Below are positions 12,898-23,117 of a stretch of DNA of 64,000 bases, piece after piece. The DNA lies in NCBI GenBank assembly GCA_964057225.1, contig OZ059895.1, positions 14,570,001 through 14,634,000 of the forward strand, in the 5' to 3' direction. Each line of letters starts with the position of its first letter. Position 1 is the first letter of the stretch. Source of the stretch: Auanema rhodensis (lineage: Eukaryota; Animalia; Nematoda). Below the pieces are notes generated by a model that saw only the letters and a list, made by a program, of their open reading frames with translations, made no database searches and had not been told where the DNA came from. Made by a program: the position numbers and the translations under genes.

Positions 12898-12990
12898 TGC
12901 TCTCCAGTGGAGAGCGTTCCAAAATTTAATTCGAACACAGAATTATTCTGGTTGAATCAGGAAAGTACCTCAAACTTGGGTAATTAAACC
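12898..12990 (-). ncRNA. sls-1: SL1 spliced-leader RNA gene, copy 4
   Basis: Same structure; stem-loop II loop TAA. Confidence 0.97.
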
Positions 12991-13386
12991 GAAGATGCAG
13001 TGTCACCTCCCAGTGCCGTCAATATAGGCGCCGTATCCCATTGGGGTGCTGTGTCTGCCTTTAACCCACATAGAGATTGCCTCTCCACACTAGACAATGA
13101 CTACTGCATATGAGCCTGAACCAGAAAGCAGCCTACGTTTGTGACAATATCCGATATAGCCTGTGTATAACCGCTCTTTCCTACTGAAGTTTAGCAATAA
13201 ACGGTTATTTTCTTAAATTATATGAGCCTGAGCTACTTAGAACTTAGGTTTGTGGACAACCTCTCATACAGCCTGAATACAACCGGTCATCTCAACCCCA
13301 AATCCAAAAATGATTATCAGCTTCGTTGATATTTCAATTTTAAAAATCTAAAGAACTTGATTCTTCTAATGATTTTCGATTCATGT

Positions 13387-13479
13387 TGCTCTCCAGTGGA
13401 GAGCGTTCCAAAATTTAGTTCGAACACAGAATTATTCTGGTTGAATCAGGAAAGTACCTCAAACTTGGGTAATTAAACC
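13387..13479 (-). ncRNA. sls-1: SL1 spliced-leader RNA gene, copy 5
   Basis: Same structure; loop TAA plus one substitution at the base of stem II. Confidence 0.96.
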
Positions 13480-14974
13480 GAAGATGCAGTGTCACTGCCC
13501 AGTGCCGTCAATCGAAGCGCCGTATCCCATTGGGGTGCAGTGTCTGCCTCTAACCCACATAGAGATTGCCTCTCCACAGAATCTTCTATATAACCTGAAT
13601 ATAACCGCTCTTTCCAATTGAAATTTTTGAAAGGAACGCTGTCTAAATTAGAGAGCCTGAGTCTGAGGATAATCTTAAGAAAAGTTGATTAAACTTAATG
13701 TATTCATAAAACTAACAATATAATTTACAAATAAGTTAGTAATAGAAATGTAAAAATCAAATTACATCTAGTGATGTGAAGCAGATCGAATAACTGATTA
13801 GACAGTAAATGCTAATGAAAATTTCAAATTAGGTTTTTTTTTGAATAAATACAGTTTTTCTTCAGTTAAGTTGTCTGAAATTAGTATTTATATGGATGTG
13901 CCAAACTTTTTGAGTATGATTGTAATACATGAATGGACACGTGAATTGACGTGAAACTCATTTTGTTATGTAATTTTTGACTAAACGGCTGTTCATGATT
14001 ATATTGTTCAATCATTTCAGATAAACTTAACCTGTATTATTTCTCTTAACTATATAATTTAGAATTGTTTATCATTGTTTACGCATAATCTCAAAATATA
14101 TTTGTTTTTACACATTATTTTGTATTTTTTAAAAATAAATGCTATTCTCTCTGTTAATATTTTATGTAATAGTTTATTATTCTTAAATTTAAATGATACT
14201 TACATTTTCTTTTTATGCTTTTCATGTGATTACTGTTATATATCAAATTTTAATAAATGGCTTCATAATGACAGTAGTTTTGAAACAAATGCTAGTTTAA
14301 GCATAACTTATTCTGTATAATTTATAAAAAATCTAGAAGTCTAACATTCTCTCGCCTGGTTATTCATTAAAGCTTCGGAAAGTGCCTGAGTCTAATGCCA
14401 CAGGCAAATATAGGCGATGACGAGTGTTAGAAGCCGAATACTAAATAACCCAAAATGATAATAATAAATGAAATAAATTTAAAAAATGTAAGATTTATTG
14501 AGAGGAGAAGTATAATTCATCTTCTTATCCAATGTTTTTCAAGTAATATCGTCAATAACAACAATCAATTTCAACAAATACAAATATTTTGTAAGATCAA
14601 TTGAACATAAATGGAATTATAAGATGAAAATTCCATAGAAAAAAAAGAAAAGAAAACAACAAAGTTAAAACAAATAAATATTGGAATGAGCACATACACA
14701 TACGTCATATGAGATCGAAAAATATATTTGTGTGAGTAAAGATAATTAGAGGATTGGTGCATAGAAGTTCATGACACGATTCATCAGAAAAAAATTGTTT
14801 TTCTATGTCAAAGGCAAGAAGATGGAACAACTACAGGAGCCAAATATGAGAATTACTGTTCCAAGTACTGAGTACCAAATTTTAAAAAATAAAGAAGAAA
14901 TGAAAAAAGAATAAAGGAGTAAAGGAAAATATTGCCCCCAGGGCTTGATATTGGATGTTGTGATTGATTACTAA

Positions 14975-16490
14975 TCACAGAAATAAACGAGAATCAAAGA
15001 ATATTGGTTGGGAATATATGAGATGCTTGAAAGCTGACACATCAACGTTCTGCAAATCTTCTGGAACCGGAAATGCCTGAAAAGGATACACTGTTATGAT
15101 ATGATAAGAGGAAAGACTACCATACCTCAGAAAGATTACACAAGCCACTAAGCGATGGCGCCAGCGAACCTAAGAAAGCTGATGAACTGTCCGGATTGGC
15201 TTCGACATCCATTGCATGGGTTACGATATCCATCAATGCCTATAACAACGTCAACGTGAACACGGTTCAGAATCGTAGAAACAGAAGGCACATATGTTTC
15301 TTCCCCTCTACCCTCTACTCTTCTCTCAATTGGCCTCTAACCTCTCTTCTTCACATATTTGAGTCAAATGTCTCTACTGTAAACGAAACGAGATAGATAT
15401 GACTGTCAGTCGTGTCAATATAATAGAAATGAAGGAAACAACGAAAAAACATGAATATTGCAGTTATTTCTTTGTGAAAAGAATTCCTTTTTCTCTTTTT
15501 TTGGAACACAAAAAAAACTTTTTTTGTGAGTTGTTCAACAGATTCTCCTCTTGTCCATATTCTCTTTATCCTCTATAATTTCAAAACCGTTCTTCTCATC
15601 CCATGTTTGGCATAGGAAGAACAGTCATTGTCATCTACTGACCACATCAGAACCTGTTCCAGCACAGGGTTTTCTTGCCGAGGCATGCAGTGTCAGCCTG
15701 TGCCATCTATTTCGAAGATGTTTCGCTACCTCTTGCAACTCGACTACGGTCGTGTCAACCAAGAACTGGCTGACTAAGAACTTGCCGAAATGTTCAAAAA
15801 AAACTGTCAAGAGAGGTTTCAATTCTCGATAATCTGGCTGACTGAATGACTGGGCAAAATTTAAAGCTTAGCACTTGCAATATTGGGGCATAACTATCAA
15901 ATATCATAAATGTACAGTACCTGCAGAGGATTTTGTTCCGAATTAAGCTGAGGCACCAGATGTCGAAGTTTCTCGAAGACAAGAAGATCACGAGAAGATC
16001 GAATCGCCGGATGAGACACAGAAGGGGAATATGGTAATGAACTTGAGCTGAAAAAGTACTTCCTTATTAACGTGCAAACAAGTGCTGAAGAGATTTCCTT
16101 GACGTATCAAGGGAATCATGTTATTTCCGTTTTTGCTCAAATATTTCTCATAATGGAACTAGTTTTGATATATCAGGGTGCAAAGCGTACAACGATTATT
16201 AAAACTAATGAGAGAAGAAGAGAAAAGTTTTAAATTAAAAATATATTTTAGAAAGTAGACATGAAAATAGATTTACCTATCTGAAGCTGGACTCAATTGT
16301 GAGTATTCTGATGAACATGTAGAGCTTCCACTTAGTTTACGTTGTCGAACTCCTTCATATGGATGAGTACGATTAGACTGTAATATTGAAAATAGGATGA
16401 ATAATGAAATTTTCTTAGTATTACCTGATGAGGCCAGTCGAGAATCATGCGAATTCGCTCAGAAATTTGGCCACGATTTACAGCTTTCTT
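14975..16490 (-). CDS. Small multi-exon protein with an HLH-like segment; start uncertain
   Basis: Spliced exons give ...SPSVSHPAIRSSRDLLVFEKLRHLVPQLNSEQNPLQ|ALMDIVTHAMDVEANPDSS...|AFPVPEDLQNVDVSAFKHLIYSQPIFFDSRLFL*. Confidence 0.5.
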
Positions 16491-17555
16491 CATGTTTAAC
16501 AGCAACGTTTGAGAATATGCAGCACAGTAACAACGACGAATGAACAACGATACAGCGAAATAAAGAAATTCGATTGCAATAATTTCTCAGTTGTTAGTGT
16601 AAAACAGACTGGAGATGATGTATATATAGATAGATAGATATATACTTAATTGGAAAATGCTGCAGCTCAATAGAGAACGAGTGCGAACGACGTTATCGTC
16701 GTCGTCTTCTCGATTCTCCTACAAACACTACTGCTCCGGCGACAAGCCAACCTTAGAATAGACAGGTCTGCTTCTCGACGGCCGGTGCCAGGCTCCGCCA
16801 GTCACTTCTTTTAGCCCTCCGCCCCTAAAATCATCTATAATTTTGAATCTCCTCTTGAATGGCGCTATTTCCAACCTATACACAGATTCGTTACGATGCC
16901 GAACTCCTCTCAAGGCCATGTATGGTAAGAGAGTAGGTGTCGAACTGATCAGACGATGCCCAGCTGAGAGGCAGGCGAAAGAGTAAGATTTTCGAGGAGT
17001 GAGTGTGTAGATGATAGAAAGAGAGAAAGTGCCAAAAACAGAGATGAAAAGAATGAAAGAAAACCGTAATGTTGGAGTTTCCCCAGGCTAGTTAGACTAC
17101 CACATTTCAACATAGCTACTTACACATAGATTTGCTGAATATTTTGTACAAAAATCAGATCGATCCATCAAGATTATTAACACCGCTTGACTTCTTACTA
17201 CTCCGCCAGTTTTGATCTTAGAACCTAAGTTCCCGACAAATCGTCTTCAAACATTAAGCAATTACAGGGTGTTCCCTCTACCTTTTAGCACCAATTTCTC
17301 AATAATTTCCACATCAATTCTTCTTAATTTCTCAATTAAAATGCAACGTCTTTGCTATCTAAATGAACTGAATGATCCCGGCAGAAGCTTCAATTTTGCA
17401 AAAATGTGATCTCATTTTCATACTCATCGCATCTTTGATTACTCAAGAGAATTATGAGGATTCTGCATATACGCGACTAGACTGAACAATCCTAATTATT
17501 TTTATTTTGTTTTGAATAACAAAAAGAAAACAAACAAACAAATAATCTCTATACT

Positions 17556-17952
17556 TTATATTCTACAACCACCATGTTGGCTTAAATCCGGCATTGTGCC
17601 TTCTTCTTTCAAACGTTGTAAGGCTGGCGTCCAATACGATTCTGGTAAATTCCGTAATTCGACTTTCCTTCTTGAATACTTTGGATTATTATCTCTGAAA
17701 GATTAAACTAAAATGTTTATGTTGAATGGGAAAATCGAGAGAAACCTTCTCCATATACGTTCTTTCTTCGTACACTGCCAGACGGCCTCGTCCCAATAAG
17801 AGCATTGTCCAAACATTTTTCCTATAGTAAAAATGTATTGAAATGCTTAAAAATCAAATACCCAATTGTTTTTCTTCATGACACTTGTGCAAGAGATCAA
17901 TCAAAAAGTTACATTCCCTAGTATGAAGATGGGGAGATAAATCAGGTAACAT
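17556..17952 (-). CDS. CMC2: COX assembly mitochondrial protein 2 homolog (CMC2, twin CX9C)
   Basis: MLPDLSPHLHTRECNFLIDLLHKCHEE...KMFGQCSYWDEAVWQCTKKER, three exons. Confidence 0.92.
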
Positions 17953-18607
17953 CTAGAAAAATTGGAAATCTACAAACAATCACGCATTAATAAAATGTGA
18001 ATTATTCAATTGACCCTTAATTGGCAATTAAAACCGTTTACGAATGTTATAAAAAGTAATAATTGCTATGAATACAACTAATAATAAACTAAAAAAAAAC
18101 ATTTTGAAACATTTATTTATGAAATTCAAATATTTCAAACGTTTTTCTTTAATCACTTTCAGTTTCCTTAAAATCTGACTAGTGTTAAACATTAAAAAAC
18201 GAATAAAATCATCTATTGACATAGTTAAAGCTTAGTTCATCACCTGAAACTCAAAAATAATTCTTTTCCTATTCCGTATATATGAATAATTTAGTTGATA
18301 ACAACAACAAATTGATGTTCTCTAAATTTCATTAGGGTATCCTGAGAAGTTGAAGTTGAACGTAAATACAGCTGAATCAAAGTCATATATGACTTTGATA
18401 TATGCATATTCATAAAGATACTTGTTCAAGCAATTCATGAGAAAATCCAATTTCACTAAGCGATGGTAATATCTGAGCTTCTGGAATTAATTAAACATGA
18501 ATTTTAGCTGATTATTCACATAAATGACTTACCCAAACAGGGTGGAGCACATTATATTTCAATCCAGAGGTTGTTTACTGCTTTTCATATATGACATTCT
18601 GATTCGT

Positions 18608-18775
18608 TGAATTATTATTTCTCAAACTTTAATTGGTGTCTTTGATGATAGCTAAAGGTCATTCAGTTTCTTATAGTTTATACTTAGTATTATCATTTAA
18701 TAGAATTATTTTTTGTGATATAGTCACATTAAACAATTCAAAGACACCAATCAAAGTGTAAGAAAAAATCATTCA
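18608..18775. repeat. Imperfect ~38-bp inverted repeat pair (MITE-like)
   Basis: TGAATTATTATTTCTCAAACTTTAATTGGTGTCTTTGA (18608-18645) versus the reverse complement of 18738-18775, about 6 mismatches. Confidence 0.65.
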
Positions 18776-18934
18776 TTATATACATTATTATACAGAAATG
18801 TTAGTATAAAGTATGAAAAATATAAAATGCATTTGAATATTTGAGAAAGAGGGAGAGAGAGATGGTCCACAAACGTATGAGATCAGAAATTGCTCAGCAA
18901 TTCATACCATATTTACAGGTAAAAGAAAGCTCTA

Positions 18935-20030
18935 CATACCTGGTAGTCATTCAATTTGTATTGATCTTGCTTTTCATTCGTTTCTATCAGCTTAACTATA
19001 GCTTTTTGGCTCAACTGCTCCACACCGAAGAAGAAGCAGGAATGGTATGGGCACATATTCTCCCATGGATTTTTTCTTATCACACAGCATGCTTGCAATA
19101 GGCAGAACAGCTCCAGTAGACTTTCTCGGAACATACCTAAATTCATATTTTCAAATTTATAATTAATTAACAAACACAAACCTTCCTCCGTTAGTGTATG
19201 GATCACCGGAAGTTGGTGCTTGCCCCCTAGTAGAGCCAGGAACATAACGTCCGCCGCCAGTGAACAGGTCTTAAAGGCGGAAGAACCTTCCTGACCACTT
19301 CCCTGAGGACAATACCTATCACAACCTAAAAAATTGAAATTTTACAAAAAAATGAAGGAAGAAAGAGACAAACCAGTACAAGGATCACGACAAGAGAACC
19401 TTAGCCATAAATTTAATAGGAAGATTATATTTTTCACAAAATTGTTGAGCATGATAATCAGGGTCATCTCCAGCGTTGTAAGCTAACGACTTCTACACAC
19501 TAGGTTTCTTCAAGTTTCATTTTTTAGCCTGGAATTCAGGGGCTTCTGGTACATTTGCAACAATATAATCCGTGATTTCATTCAATTAAGAAATTGCCAG
19601 ACTATATTACTAAAAAAACAGAAATATGAGAAAAAAAGAAAATAGAAAAACTGCCTGAATGAATTGTTCAGCTGATAATACTAAACAGTATTCTTCTTAT
19701 AATTCAATTCCATGTTAGGTGCAACATCATCCAAAGCAACTTTGATTGTAATTTCATCCCTAGCTACTCATTCTTCTCTCCCCTTTTCCGAAGCAACTCG
19801 TACGGCCAACTAAACAAATAAATAAAATAATAAAGTTAGCATGTTTAGACTTACTTTTCTGTGCATAAGTTCTAGCACTTCAGGCTTAGCCAGGCGAGAA
19901 TGCGAATTGGTATATACATAAATACGACCATCACTAAAAACAAATATAAGGAAAGGAAGTAGAACTGAAAAATTACCTTCCAAAAACAGCAAAGTCATCT
20001 TTGCTCAGTCAAATTACAGACCATGCTCTA
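18935..20030 (-). pseudogene. ufd-3: Partial ufd-3/PLAA (Doa1) pseudogene: end of WD40, PFU domain, DPFTG repeats, start of PUL
   Basis: AWSVI*LSKDDFAVFGSDGRIYVYT, YNAGDDPDYHAQQFCEKYNLP, DLFTGGGRYVPG...GDPYTNGG, KAIVKLIETNEKQD; in-frame stops and frameshifts; introns retained. Confidence 0.8.
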
Positions 20031-20048
20031 AATATGAAAATTCTTATA

Positions 20049-20186
20049 AAGCTAATACATATACAAGCGCAACCAGAAACTATCCAAAAAAAGAAGAAAA
20101 CGTAATCTCACCTTGTGCGGATTTGTTGCTGGGGTAAAGGCATATTCTGCATCATCTCAAATTTATCATTTCCCATCAGATATTTC
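20049..20186 (-). repeat. Inverted near-identical copy of an unc-16 exon end and intron (27484-27621)
   Basis: Direct reverse-complement match over ~138 bp. Confidence 0.95.
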
Positions 20187-20187
20187 A

Positions 20188-20322
20188 TAAAAAACGACAA
20201 TGAGTTCATAAGCTCCGCCTACTTGGCGTGTTTCTTCAGATTACGCTGTTCGACGCACAGGATGTTATAGCTATATTTCTAGCTTGTATATTAATTAATT
20301 ATTATTTATTAATATAAATATC
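20188..20322. repeat. Inverted copy of coq-8/unc-16 intergenic DNA (26255-26389)
   Basis: Reverse-complement match over ~135 bp, about 4 substitutions. Confidence 0.95.
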
Positions 20323-20324
20323 GT

Positions 20325-20830
20325 GAAGTGTTTGCAAATAGCAGTTAATGGTGGAAATGTTGTTGATCCTCAAAATCCGACCGAGGTAGAGCTTAACCAT
20401 ATTCTTAGAAGTTTAGAAGCACATTGTTTTAGTCTAGAACTTCAATCACAGATGCATTAGAACGGGCTAACGTTGTAGCGACGGGAATTAAGACTTTTGC
20501 CCAACTCATTTCTCAAGGTCAGTAAACTAATGATAATTATCTATGGTTTCTTTTCAATTTCAGGGGTACTTCCTGGTAGTGGAGGTTATACTGTAAATTC
20601 GAATGGAGAAAAAGTCTTTGGTGTGGGTAGTCTTCGAACGCCTGACTTAGTTCAAAACTTGACTAGAGTAGCAGATCTTGTGAAAAGCGGAGCTATGCAA
20701 ATTCCTTTAAATGTTTTCCCTAACTTAGAGAAGCTTGGACAATTAGGCTCGAAAAAGGTAGAAGCTGTATCAGCTGCAATGTTCGGAGAAAACATTAAAA
20801 TAGGTGAATTTTGGCTATGAATTCGCACGA
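20325..20830 (+). pseudogene. Inverted near-identical fragment of the coq-8 5' exons and introns (25426-25931)
   Basis: ORFs 20497-20820(+) and 25436-25759(-) differ by one residue; 506-bp match. Confidence 0.95.
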
Positions 20831-21881
20831 AAAAAAATTCGAAAAAATTAATTTATGCTATGGAGTTTTTCAATACTCTTTTCGATAAAAATTTTTTCTG
20901 GTTCCAAACTATTGGGCAGAGCTTGAGAATCACTCTCACCAACAAAACTTTTCGCCTTCAGTCTCCAACCAACATTTCCCTAACCTACTTGCAAAACGCA
21001 TAAGCCTGTATATTCATCTTCTACGTTAAAAACCAAAGATCCCTCACGTAGCAATACACTCTAGGTTTCTTCGAACCAAAAGCTCTACCTCTTAGTACAC
21101 ACACCGTCCTGAATCTCGCGACTCAGCTGCAGTAACAAGAAGCCGAACTCGCACACAAAGTGTCGCTATCATCAACGAAGATAAACCAGAAGACAAGCCT
21201 AACACCGAAAAATTCTACACACCTCGTGCAGGTGCTTATTCTCCTTCACAACATTCCAGCTATCCGGATTACACACCATCTGGAGAAAACGAGACACCAC
21301 GGATCACAGAAGAACACACTTCTAACACTACTAAGAAAGAAAAGCCTTTTAAAATTTTTGAAGTTCAACATGCGGAGCATTTATTTTTGCTTTGCTTTGT
21401 ATACTATAGTAAACTTTAAAGTTATTCGCATACTAACATTCTATCTTATAAACGCAGATATCTAAAATTCTTGCTATGATCAAGATTAACCACAATTTTG
21501 CTTCTCTCGAGGAGGACGCGACATAATCACGAAAAAAAGGGCCGTTCCATTCTGATGATCGATACATAGCAAGAAGGTTAGAAATAGACGACATGAACCA
21601 AGAGTAAATGACACGCCCATAAACCTGTAACAAGACCTCAACTTTGCCCATGGACTAACCATGAACGGCTTGTCATCGCCACAGAGTTCGTTTATAGTTT
21701 ACATCTTTATTTAGTCTTATGTATATTATTGTATTCATGTAGTTATAATAAACCTTTCATATGTCGAGTCTTATGTTATCCTTGTGCTCCATAATAACCG
21801 CTACATTTGGAATACTACTGCGCTCATCTTGTAGGCTACATCGGTCTATAGGATGGATGCGGGAGCATAACGGAACGGCAC

Positions 21882-21980
21882 ATGCCAAAACTGTTTCGAT
21901 TGTAAGGTCTTTCACTGTTCTTGGCGGTACGATCACTATCGGTGTCTTTCTAAATGTTGTCGCATAAACATGCGTGATCC
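21882..21980 (+). pseudogene. Inverted diverged fragments of the tetraspanin gene (22688-22771, plus last-exon ATGCGTGATCCT)
   Basis: AKTVSIVRSFTVLGGTITIGVFLNVVA versus AKSVSIVTSFSVLGGIMTIGVFLTVVA; about 10 mismatches in 84 nt. Confidence 0.85.
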
Positions 21981-21995
21981 TTTCTAATCTAAATT

Positions 21996-22917
21996 ATATC
22001 AGAATAATGTGTCAGGATCTACATTAGGATCACGCATATTTCTAAATCTGTATGCTAGCCAGACTCCAATTAACTAAAAAATTGATATCAAGTAGTCAGA
22101 ATACCTATTGAAATAGCTTACCTCAGTAAAACTGAACACCAGACTCATCATTCCCACACGGGACAAATTCGAGCTAGTTACATATACAATGGCATTGAGA
22201 CATGGAGGGCATCCATTTTCCCAACATGGTAGCTAGAATTATAAGACATAAAAGAAAACTTGAAAGACACAAAAACTTTTCTGCAGTTACTTGGAGAATC
22301 TTTAACATTCTTCAATCCACAGCAGCTGAATGCTTTCTCAGCATCCCATATGACAGGTCGACTGGATCGAGCCCAACCAGCTTCAACAACCTTAAATTAA
22401 AATATAAATCTTATAATAAATTCCATTATTAATGTTGACGGGTATAATAGGTTGTATATAAGCAGGAAGAAATTCAAAATAAAAAAACACCTTGCTTAAG
22501 CTGCTTTCAGAAACATTTCCTAAACAAGCTATTGCAACGCTGAACTGAATGATAAAAAGAACAGCCAGAATAATCATATACTGAAAATTAGTAAGAATGA
22601 ATGAAAATGTTAGGAAAGAGGATATGAAGAAACTCACAAAGAAAAGAGAAGGTTGATGCTGAGTTTTTGCACCATAGACACCCAAGCATGCGACAACAGT
22701 TAGGAAGACACCGATAGTCATTATACCACCAAGAACAGAGAAAGATGTTACAATCGAAACAGATTTGGCATACGTGCCGATAAGTATTAGTATTAGCCCA
22801 ACGAACTGTAAAATTAGGAGAAAGAATTCAGAAAAAATAAAAAATTCGACTTACGACATAGAAATAATTGAGAACAACTAGAGCTTTTCTTGTGAATTTA
22901 AAAGAAAAGTATGGCAT
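21996..22917 (-). CDS. Tetraspanin, TSPAN13/31-like
   Basis: Four TM segments, FSCCG motif, C-terminus LIGVWLAYRFRNMRDPNVDPDTLF*. Confidence 0.88.
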
Positions 22918-23117
22918 CTGCAAAACAGTACGTGAAATGATAAAGACAGCAAATAAAGAACAGAGAAGATATTAATATGTAAGTTATACATATTTTGATT
23001 AAATAATAGAAATAAAACAAATAAATATTATCCATAAACTTTTTAAAAATAACAAAACAAGAAATATACAACAAATCACACCGGCTTTGAGAAAAACCTA
23101 AGAATCAAACTAACTAT

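Larger units (their letters stand above)
11745..13575. repeat. Tandem array of five SL1 gene units (start-to-start spacings 341, 322, 490, 489 bp)
   Basis: Direct repetition of the gene, ~90 bp of upstream sequence and the spacer. Confidence 0.95.

Noticed and set aside
11745-13575. Repeat-spacer pattern resembling a CRISPR array
   Set aside because: The repeats are ~93-nt SL1 RNA genes, the spacers are homologous to one another, the DNA is eukaryotic and there are no cas genes
20497-20820. 107-aa ORF as an independent gene
   Set aside because: It is coq-8 exon plus intron read-through from a non-ATG start inside a duplicated fragment
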